A stretch of DNA of 64,000 nt, taken from the NCBI GenBank assembly GCA_023256355.1, contig JAGDXJ010000021.1, positions 1,255 through 65,254 on the forward strand. The letters run 5' to 3'. Positions 57,529 through 64,000 of this stretch are shown in pieces (position 1 is the first letter of the stretch; each line of letters begins with the position of its first letter). The DNA is from Nitrososphaerales archaeon. GTDB taxonomy: Archaea > Thermoproteota > Nitrososphaeria > Conexivisphaerales > UBA164. The notes under the pieces are model-generated. The model was not told where the DNA came from and did no database searches. It saw nothing but the letters and a program-made list of their open reading frames with translations. The position numbers and the translations under genes are program-made.

Positions 57529-58310
57529 CTTATTATCCCTATGAGCTTCTTTACCCTTTCAGGATCAACAGGGTTTTCTACTTTTCCTTTTTCTTTGAAA
57601 TAAGTTCCGACTATTGCGCCGTCTGCATATTTTAAAAGCTCCTTTGCGTTATCCGGAGTTAGGCCGCTTCCTACCAGTACAGGGACTTTAACCTTTTCTC
57701 TGACATTTTTAACTTCTTCAGGAGATGGAGGGTTACCTGTCCTTGAACCTGTTATTATTATTGCATCGGCCATGCCTCTCTCTTCAGCATCAATTGCTGA
57801 TTCTTCAGCTGTCCTTTGTAGCATAGGATATGAATGCTTTACGTGAACGTCAGCCAGAACGGCTACTTTTGATCTTAAATAAGTTCTGAAGCGCATAAGG
57901 TACGGCGCGCACCCTTCTATTATTCCCTGATCCGTAATATATGCTTCGTTGAGCACGTTTACCCTTATGAACTCCAGCTCAAAAGCCTCTGCCAGAGATA
58001 AAGCGCCATTGCAGCCGTTCCTTAACATGTTTACGCCGACTGGAACGGAAGCTTTCTTTTTTATCTCACATATTACTCTTGCAAAGGAAGCCATGGTTTC
58101 CGGGTTTGTGCTCGGGTCTTTAAAGTAAGGTACATCCCAGAAGTTTTCTATCATAACTCCGTCAACCCCTCCCTCCTGAAGATTTTTGAGGTCCCTGATC
58201 GCCAGATCAACGACAGAATTCAAACCGCTATATCCAGGAGAACCCAGCAAAGGCTTCAAATGAATCATTCCGATTATAAAAGGCCTTTTTTTAAAAGGAA
58301 GCTCAGTCAT
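57525..58310 (-). CDS. BtpA/SgcQ-family TIM-barrel protein
   Basis: IGMIHLKPLLGSPGY and ENFWDVPY motifs characteristic of the BtpA family. Confidence 0.7.
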   Translation of the reverse strand: MTELPFKKRPFIIGMIHLKPLLGSPGYSGLNSVVDLAIRDLKNLQEGGVDGVMIENFWDVPYFKDPSTNPETMASFARVICEIKKKASVPVGVNMLRNGCNGALSLAEAFELEFIRVNVLNEAYITDQGIIEGCAPYLMRFRTYLRSKVAVLADVHVKHSYPMLQRTAEESAIDAEERGMADAIIITGSRTGNPPSPEEVKNVREKVKVPVLVGSGLTPDNAKELLKYADGAIVGTYFKEKGKVENPVDPERVKKLIGIIS

Positions 58311-58414
58311 TTTGATAAAAAGTTGTCTGTTTGATAAGATTAAAACTTTTGCTTTTTAGAATGGCAAAAAAGAAAGAGTTAAAAACTAACACCTTAACCC
58401 ATTTATGAACAAAA

Positions 58415-59467
58415 ATGAGTATAAACTGGAGTGCAAACTCAAAAGCTTTCGAAAATCTGCTTGAAGCAATAGGCCGTACGCCTTTGGTAAAACTGCAAAA
58501 GATACCAAAAGATGCCGGAATAAACGCCACGATTTATGCAAAGCTCGATTATCTTAACCCTTCAGGAAGCTTGAAAGACAGAGTTTATTACAGAATGATA
58601 ACAGAAGCAATAAAGAGAGGAGATCTCAAGCCTGGAATGGAAATCGTGGAAGTTAGTACAGGGAATGCAGGTATTGCTTGTACATGGGTAGGAACTCTTC
58701 TGGGCTATAAAGTAACTATAGTAATGCCCGCCGGAATGTCTGAAGAAAGGAAAAAACTCATAAGGGCATTGGGCGGCAACATAGTAGAAACGCCGGGAGC
58801 AGAAAGTGACGCAGACATATCATATGAAGTAGCTATGAAGATGTACAAAGAACATCCAGAAAAATACTGGTTCCCGGATCAGTACTCTAACCCGGACGCG
58901 ATCGCGGCACATCATGATACTACAGGCGCTGAAATATGGGAACAGACAGGAGGAAAAGTTGACGCTCTCGTGTTGACGCAGGGCACAGGCGGCACTCTTA
59001 CTGGTGCAGGTAAATATTTGAGGGAGAAGAATCCAAAAGTGAAACTTTACGCAGTTGAACCTACAGAAGCGCCAATGCTTTCCAAGAGAAAGTGGGGAAG
59101 TCATAAGATCGAAGGTATAGGAGATGGATTTGTGCCAAGAAACTTAGATGTCAGCATGCTTAACGGTGTGGTTACCGTAAGCTCAAGTGATTCAATATAT
59201 TATGCTAAACAGCTCATGCTGAAGGAAAAAATACTTGCTGGAATTTCATCCGGAGCTAACGTTGCTGCGGCGGTGAAAGTAGCTAAAAAGCATCCAGAAT
59301 TAAAACACATAGTTGTCATGATGAACGACTCTGCCATGAGGTATTTCACAACAGAGCTATTTGATGTTAAAAAGGTAGTAGAAATTCCTGAAAGAGAGCA
59401 TCCGATGGACGAGTACACTAAGGAACAGCTAGATAAGTACCAGTCAAAGTGGGAAATAATCGAATAA
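58415..59467 (+). CDS. PLP-dependent cysteine synthase / cystathionine beta-synthase family (fold type II)
   Basis: NPSGSLKDR (PLP lysine), SSGN-like TGNAG, GTGGT and GISSGAN motifs. Confidence 0.8.
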   Translation: MSINWSANSKAFENLLEAIGRTPLVKLQKIPKDAGINATIYAKLDYLNPSGSLKDRVYYRMITEAIKRGDLKPGMEIVEVSTGNAGIACTWVGTLLGYKVTIVMPAGMSEERKKLIRALGGNIVETPGAESDADISYEVAMKMYKEHPEKYWFPDQYSNPDAIAAHHDTTGAEIWEQTGGKVDALVLTQGTGGTLTGAGKYLREKNPKVKLYAVEPTEAPMLSKRKWGSHKIEGIGDGFVPRNLDVSMLNGVVTVSSSDSIYYAKQLMLKEKILAGISSGANVAAAVKVAKKHPELKHIVVMMNDSAMRYFTTELFDVKKVVEIPEREHPMDEYTKEQLDKYQSKWEIIE

Positions 59468-59480
59468 ACGGTAAAAATTT

Positions 59481-59822
59481 TCAGGATATATTTATTTTTG
59501 TTTTCTTTTCACGTTTTTTAGGTATTTCTACGATAAGTACCCCGTTTTTAAAAGTAGCTTTAACAGTTTCAGGATCTATTTTTACTGGGAGAGATATTTT
59601 CTTCCTGAACTTGTTAACCTCAACCTTCCTTCCAAAGCCTTCAAAGGATGACCAGTAAACTTTTCTGTTCATCGTTGCTATTATCTCAAGTTCGTTTTCT
59701 TTTGCGTATATTTCTATCTGATTCTTATCTGTTATAAATGGCAAGTCCATTGTTATGATGTAACTGTCAGATGTTTCGTAAATTTCGCTTAAAGGTTCTA
59801 CATTGTCTATCATTTTCATCAC
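59481..59822 (-). CDS. hsp20: Small heat-shock protein (Hsp20 family)
   Basis: Alpha-crystallin core with KATFKNGVLIVEIPK. The start overlaps the PAC2 stop (GTGATGA). Confidence 0.8.
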   Translation of the reverse strand: MMKMIDNVEPLSEIYETSDSYIITMDLPFITDKNQIEIYAKENELEIIATMNRKVYWSSFEGFGRKVEVNKFRKKISLPVKIDPETVKATFKNGVLIVEIPKKREKKTKINIS

Positions 59823-60559
59823 CTGTACATGGAAGGTACTGCTTCCATTTTATTCTGAGTCGCCTTTGCTGACAGGTCTTTCAGGTTAAGCCTTATTTCA
59901 TCGGCTTTCTCGAGCAGTTCTTGAACATCGATCTTCATATCAAGCAGTTTTGAAAGCGCTTCTAATGCTGAAGCTGCGGCTCCTGGATCAGGATATGTCG
60001 GAAAACTTTCAGCGATTATTGCATATGCATCTATGTTCCTATCTTTAAGCAGAGATAATAGCTCAGCGAAAATTCCTGCTAAAAAGCCTTCTTCAAGCGG
60101 CTTTATCCCTTTTTCTTTTAGGATTTCCAGCCCTTTTTCTGAATTTGAGACGCCAACGACTTCTGGCTTTTGGATTTCAATTCTCCTTTGAGTCGGATAG
60201 CCGTTTATCGAAACAGCAGATGATACTCTTTTCTCGTAAAGCCAATCTGCTATTGTTCTTGACAGGTTCTTAACAAGGGATGTAGGCACTGGCACTTCTG
60301 AAGTTATTATCAGAAGTTTGCCGTCAGAATAGGCCGCCATTGGTTCTTGAATAATACCCATTTTTACGCTCTGGATAGGTGGCAGAGCAACGCTTTTAAA
60401 GTAAGCTACGGGCTTCATGTGCATTTTTTCTATCAGATGAAAAGAGGAGATAACGCCGACCAGGCCAATGTCTGGAAGTCCTTCGATAGCTATAAGGTTT
60501 GGAGGAAGAGGTTCAAGCTCCACTACATCTACATCGTAATATTCAAGATGCACAACCAT
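59819..60559 (-). CDS. PAC2-family (proteasome assembly chaperone 2-like) protein
   Basis: IEGLPDIGLVG motif and about 245 aa length. Confidence 0.65.
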   Translation of the reverse strand: MVVHLEYYDVDVVELEPLPPNLIAIEGLPDIGLVGVISSFHLIEKMHMKPVAYFKSVALPPIQSVKMGIIQEPMAAYSDGKLLIITSEVPVPTSLVKNLSRTIADWLYEKRVSSAVSINGYPTQRRIEIQKPEVVGVSNSEKGLEILKEKGIKPLEEGFLAGIFAELLSLLKDRNIDAYAIIAESFPTYPDPGAAASALEALSKLLDMKIDVQELLEKADEIRLNLKDLSAKATQNKMEAVPSMYR

Positions 60560-60648
60560 ATGTTAATTATTTATCGGCTAAAATTTAAGCTTTTAATTTT
60601 TTCATTATACTCATTGAATTTTAAGATCTGGATGTAAGATTTAAGACT

Positions 60649-61575
60649 TTACCGCAGGATAGCTATTAAAAAAGCAATCATTAGAACACTTACCAAAATC
60701 CAGTCAACAGGCTTCATCTTAAAATCATGAAAGTATGTCCTTTTTTTGTTAGCCCTAAAACCCCTTATGTCTGCAGATAAAGCAATGTTTTGGGAAGACC
60801 TCAGAACATCTATTACAAAATCCGCTATTATAATTCCAGTGCTGTAAACATAGATCCATAGCCTTTTTAAAAAAGATCTAAAGGGCAAAAAGTTAAGCCC
60901 GCCTATAAAACCTCTGCTTCTTAAAACTTCGGTTAAGGATGAAAAAGCATCTAAAACCTTTGGTATTGATACCAGCGCAAGGGTCATGGCAAAAGCAAGC
61001 TCATAAGGAATCTTAGATTTAACCATGCTTGTAAGTAAATCAGATGGCGATGACGTAAAAACAAGAATAAAAACTGAGGCCACTTCAAGAGCCGCTGGTA
61101 CAGATATCATCAATCCAAATAATAACCCGTTCAAAGAAATACCCCTTATGCCCATTGAAGGTGGTATTAAAGCGATTAAAAGCTGTCCTTTCAGTCTTCT
61201 GAACCCGGAAAACGTTATGCTGTCTACCCATGCCGAAGGTATCACTATGGATAGCATTAAAAGAATTACAAACCTTAGGTTTTTTGCAGGATTTGTCATG
61301 AACAGATACAGAAACAAGGTAAACGCTAGCAGGATTACCCCTACATAAAACCCAAATGCGCTAGCGAGCGCCGGGATTGCTATAGCATACAGAAGCTTAA
61401 CACGCGGATCCAGCTTGTAAAGGAACGTTCTACCTTCCGAATAAGCGAATATTGACGCATAGCCTTTAAATCCTATGGCTTTCCATAAAAGAAAGAAAGC
61501 TATAATCGGTCCAGTTAAAATTAGAATTATTGCAATTAGCGTTGATAGGATAGCTGGTAGATAAATCAATAGCAC
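60649..61575 (-). CDS. ECF-transporter T component / CbiQ-family membrane protein
   Basis: Multi-TM protein with LDPRVKLL near the N-terminus and a C-terminal ARG-type motif (SADIRGF). No adjacent ATPase genes. Confidence 0.6.
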   Translation of the reverse strand: MLLIYLPAILSTLIAIILILTGPIIAFFLLWKAIGFKGYASIFAYSEGRTFLYKLDPRVKLLYAIAIPALASAFGFYVGVILLAFTLFLYLFMTNPAKNLRFVILLMLSIVIPSAWVDSITFSGFRRLKGQLLIALIPPSMGIRGISLNGLLFGLMISVPAALEVASVFILVFTSSPSDLLTSMVKSKIPYELAFAMTLALVSIPKVLDAFSSLTEVLRSRGFIGGLNFLPFRSFLKRLWIYVYSTGIIIADFVIDVLRSSQNIALSADIRGFRANKKRTYFHDFKMKPVDWILVSVLMIAFLIAILR

Positions 61576-61882
61576 TTATATGTCGCCTCTATATGCAATT
61601 TTTATTATAATAAAAACTCGCTTAAAAACTATTCTATATCGTGACATGATAATGATTAAATGAGCCAAACTACTACCGATGCAGGTATCCTGGTTATACC
61701 TTTATTAAACCTGAACCGATTGTAGAAAGTGAAGATGAGCTCTAGCATTGCGTTCAAATCATTAATATGAAGCTTTTTAGCTTTAATGTTGTTTGCGAAT
61801 ACTTTTGTCCTGCTTTTTAAAGGACTGAACCTCTGGATCTGGCTTACATCTTTGATGAACAGTTACTGCCGGCAACTTTTTT

Positions 61883-62112
61883 GGGTTAATGGGACGAAAG
61901 CCCCTTTCCGTTAGTTAAAGATAGCCCCTTACAAAGCCGATAAATTTACAGGGTTGACTAGAATATTTACTCAAACACGGCTTTGTCTGTGAAACGCTGG
62001 CGAGACACCGGATGATCATGCCAATGATATGATGGAATATTTGGTGATTATTATGTTAAAGCAAACCAGCGATTAATTGGGAAGCCCTGGCCGCAATGTC
62101 ATGATACTTCAC
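61883..62112 (+). ncRNA. Unclassified structured-RNA candidate, copy 2 of the two-member family (see 11791-12124)
   Basis: Block A (61883-61933) and block B (62000-62112) align with copy 1. The hairpin GGGAC-GAAA-G(C)CCC replaces GGGA-GAAG-UCCC of copy 1, so the stem and GNRA-type loop are preserved with changed sequence. The central variable part is about 100 nt shorter. Confidence 0.5.
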
Positions 62113-62189
62113 TAACGTTTGATTAATTTTTTCTAATAAATGCCGTTGTCAGCAGTTTCAATATAGATAAGTTTATACAGATTTTCGTA

Positions 62190-62500
62190 TCTGGATAACT
62201 CACCCGTGCATGGGCAGTATGGTGATGACAAAGACCCCAAGACCTCGGCTGAGCGAGGGGGACATGCACGCTAAGGAAGGGAGGCTGAAGATGAAGGGAG
62301 TTCCCCATGAAGGCTTCTCTGGTAACGGGAAGGCTTGTGAGCGGGTACTTCCTGACGGGGGCGGAGCGGAAGGACCCCGATGAACCCGCGAGGGTTTGCA
62401 TGATGTGAAGCCCAAGCCCTGCGGGGTATGCAAATATATGCCAGCGTATGCCTGCGCAAGGTAAAACCCTCTGGCCCTCTCTGCCTTAAATGGCGAAGCT
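62190..62500. ncRNA. G+C-rich, helix-rich island of unknown function (structured RNA candidate; strand unresolved)
   Basis: The strongest local G+C excess in the window. The only ORFs are Pro/Arg/Gly-rich reading-frame artefacts. Complementary segments lie at 62205-62212/62263-62270 (8 bp), 62243-62247/62254-62258, 62341-62346/62384-62389, 62390-62394/62467-62471 and 62395-62401/62428-62434 (7 bp). CUGA...GAUGA flanks a GGGG/CCCC stem (k-turn-like) at 62351-62383. Confidence 0.45.
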
Positions 62501-62592
62501 TCCAGTACTATATAAGGAGCTTTGCCCATTAATAACATAAAAATAAACAGCGGATGTGAAAAACCTTTATTCTTAAAAGCCAAATATATGAC

Positions 62593-63141
62593 GTGAGCTC
62601 GTTAACTCAAGAGGACGATAAGAAGAGATTTAAGGATCTAGGTATGGAAAAGTTAATTGAGCTTTTTATGAACAACGTAAAGACCGTATGGAGAGTAGAC
62701 GGACTTTATTTTCAGGGTATAGAAAAACGGTTCGGACAGGAAGCCGCCAGGGAAATAGATAGAGAAAGCTGGGAGTCCATAGCGAGGATGGAAGCAAAGG
62801 ATCTGAATAAGATTTTCAGGTATGATGGGAGCTCAGAGGACTTTACAAACATGCTTCTTAATACAAGCTGGGCCCTTTACCAGGAAGAGAAAAAAGTAGT
62901 TGAGAAAGAAGATGAAGTTGAGTTTTACGTTGTTCGCTGCAGGGTTCAGGAAGCAAGGATAAAGAAAGGGCTTGGGGTTTTCCCATGTAAAGAAGTTAGG
63001 TACAGCTACCTGAAAGCCTTCTCCGATGAGCTTGATAAGAACGTTGAAGCTGAAGTAATATCATGTCCCCCTGATGAAAAGAAACCGGATTACTGGTGTG
63101 GCTGGAGGTTCAAATTCAAAAACACTAAAAATTTTGAATGA
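62593..63141 (+). CDS. Hypothetical cytosolic protein (possibly DUF6125-like)
   Basis: ORF with GTG start. It is visibly richer in G+C than the core genes. The family assignment is from memory only. Confidence 0.4.
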   Translation: MSSLTQEDDKKRFKDLGMEKLIELFMNNVKTVWRVDGLYFQGIEKRFGQEAAREIDRESWESIARMEAKDLNKIFRYDGSSEDFTNMLLNTSWALYQEEKKVVEKEDEVEFYVVRCRVQEARIKKGLGVFPCKEVRYSYLKAFSDELDKNVEAEVISCPPDEKKPDYWCGWRFKFKNTKNFE

Positions 63142-63238
63142 AGGCTTCTGACCTTTTAAGAAAAGGCTAACGCTTATTAGAAAAGAACGTTTTATAAAAA
63201 TTACGAGCCGCTGGATTGGAGCTTCAACAGCATCAAAG

Positions 63239-64000
63239 GTGTTTGACCTGAGCTACGATCAGGTATTTCAAGCTGTAAGCCTAGGTATAATTCGCGGTTA
63301 CGAAAACGGAAGGGGACTTTTTGTAAAACCTGAAGATGTATCAGAAAAGATTAGCATGATAAGATCTCTTCCAAAAAAGTTCTGGATATACAAAACTCAT
63401 GCTATGAAAGAGTACTGTCTGAGCCGAAACCAGATAGAGACAGCAATGGCGTTCAGCTTAGTGAGGTTCAAAAGGGTAAAGAACCCCCATTACAGCACGG
63501 GATCCGGAGCTACTCTTGTTGCGCTGCCTGACGTTGAATCTAACTTAAAAACTATTAGATCTTTTCCCAAATACTCAGCCAAAGAGCTCGCTAAAAAGCA
63601 TGAATACAATGTCAGGAGAAAACTCAGGAATTCGCTTTCATTCTATTGTCCAAGATGCATGAAAAAGATAAGAGCTCCACGAGGATCCCGTGTATTTGAA
63701 GAAGCCCTTTATGGATACAAAGAACTCGAAGATGCTAGAACTATACTCGTTCTTTTGCATTACAGACATATGCACACCGATTATAGAAAAGAGGCTCATA
63801 ATGTGGATAGGTGGCTCAAACCTGAAGAAATAAATATCCTTACTAATGGGCTTTTTAAAAGCTTTGATGCTTTTATAAAATGGTATGAAGATAACAAGTA
63901 CGATATGCTCAGTTTTGAGCGAGAGACCTGGATCGAAACGATAAGAGCCATTAACAGGACTGCTCAGGAACGAGCTAAAAAGCATTACAGCCAAATAGCT
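63239..64000 (+). CDS. Hypothetical protein, partial (runs off the window end), with two HTH-like repeats and a CxxC zinc-ribbon-like motif
   Basis: Not in the ORF track. The frame is open from 63152 to the window end, with candidate starts GTG 63239 or ATG 63356. Repeats are ...SKVFDLSYDQVFQAVSLGIIRG... and ...MKEYCLSRNQIETAMAFSLVRF..., followed by FYCPRC. The listed minus-strand ORF 63638-63994 is probably its shadow. Confidence 0.5.
   Translation, partial: MFDLSYDQVFQAVSLGIIRGYENGRGLFVKPEDVSEKISMIRSLPKKFWIYKTHAMKEYCLSRNQIETAMAFSLVRFKRVKNPHYSTGSGATLVALPDVESNLKTIRSFPKYSAKELAKKHEYNVRRKLRNSLSFYCPRCMKKIRAPRGSRVFEEALYGYKELEDARTILVLLHYRHMHTDYRKEAHNVDRWLKPEEINILTNGLFKSFDAFIKWYEDNKYDMLSFERETWIETIRAINRTAQERAKKHYSQIA

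Noticed and set aside
61640-61870. A 67-codon open minus-strand frame without a start codon (FIKDVSQIQRFSPLKSRTKVFANNIKAKKLHINDLNAMLELIFTFYNRFRFNKGITRIPASVVVWLI). It could be a decayed gene fragment next to the orphan EcfT.
   Set aside because: It has no start codon and no motif I recognise. It is too short to distinguish from chance without a database search.
11791-62112. The two conserved elements as direct repeats (att sites/LTRs) bounding a 50-kb mobile element.
   Set aside because: The interval is filled with single-copy core genes (aaRSs, r-proteins, aIF5A, glycolysis). It contains no integrase or transposase.
62210-62459. A plus-strand reading frame MGSMVMTKTPRPRLSEGD...GGGAEGPR-TGA-TREGLHDVKPKPCGVCKYMPAYACAR, that is, an ORF interrupted by a single in-frame TGA. 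The window also contains a PurM/SelD-like gene and an EF-like GTPase, so this could be read as a selenoprotein.
   Set aside because: The codon composition is completely unlike every real gene in the window. The peptide is low-complexity, and no SECIS-like element or bona fide SelB/SelA is evident. G+C-rich structural RNA explains the open frames better.
62123-62583. Three overlapping minus-strand ORFs from the track (62123-62401, 62200-62583, 62271-62459).
   Set aside because: They are mutually overlapping in different frames and give Pro/Arg/Ser/Gly-rich nonsense translations. The open frames are a side effect of G+C richness.
1-64000. CRISPR arrays, rRNA genes, IS elements/transposases and long tandem repeats.
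   Set aside because: Reading both strands, I saw no regularly spaced direct repeats, no rRNA-like G+C-rich stretch of kb scale, and no transposase/integrase-like ORFs.

Overview
This is a strongly AT-rich, densely packed archaeal chromosomal window. The archaeal assignment rests on r-proteins S24e, S27ae, L38e, L15e and S25e, plus aIF5A, ABCE1, type-II GAPDH, Gar1, Pcc1, archease, Trm1 and Taw3. L38e and S25e suggest a TACK/Crenarchaeota-like lineage, but that is inference only. Most of the window is housekeeping: translation, tRNA/rRNA modification, glycolysis (pgk-gap), three aminoacyl-tRNA related genes (cysS, serS, alaX), a cobalamin salvage operon (cobS-cobY-cbiB-cobD), glmS and proA. 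Many gene junctions overlap by a few bases, and TTG/GTG starts are common. There are no rRNA genes, CRISPR arrays or recognisable transposases. The most unusual content is non-coding. Against the AT-rich background, several G+C-rich islands stand out. (i) Two diverged copies of one roughly 230-340 nt structured-RNA-like element lie on the same strand 50 kb apart (11791-12124 and 61883-62112). (ii) A roughly 300 nt G+C-rich, helix-rich island with no credible ORF (62190-62500) sits directly after copy 2. (iii) A roughly 185 nt G+C-rich segment lies immediately upstream of tRNA-Ala(UGC). (iv) A C/D-box-like sRNA candidate lies between surE and ABCE1. I could not assign (i)-(iii) to any RNA family I know (RNase P, SRP and TPP were considered and not supported). 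Protein-level oddities are listed here. A nucleotidyltransferase-kinase fusion. A GAPDH gene whose conserved N-terminus precedes any canonical start codon and overlaps pgk. A truncated rpl15e whose missing conserved motif reappears at the C-terminus of the downstream RibL ORF. A NurA-HerA pair detached from Mre11/Rad50 and flanked by wHTH proteins. An orphan FlaI/VirB11-type ATPase. A Pus10-like protein without an obvious catalytic motif. From about 61.9 kb to the window end, composition shifts and an HTH-repeat/zinc-ribbon ORF appears, so an acquired element may begin there.
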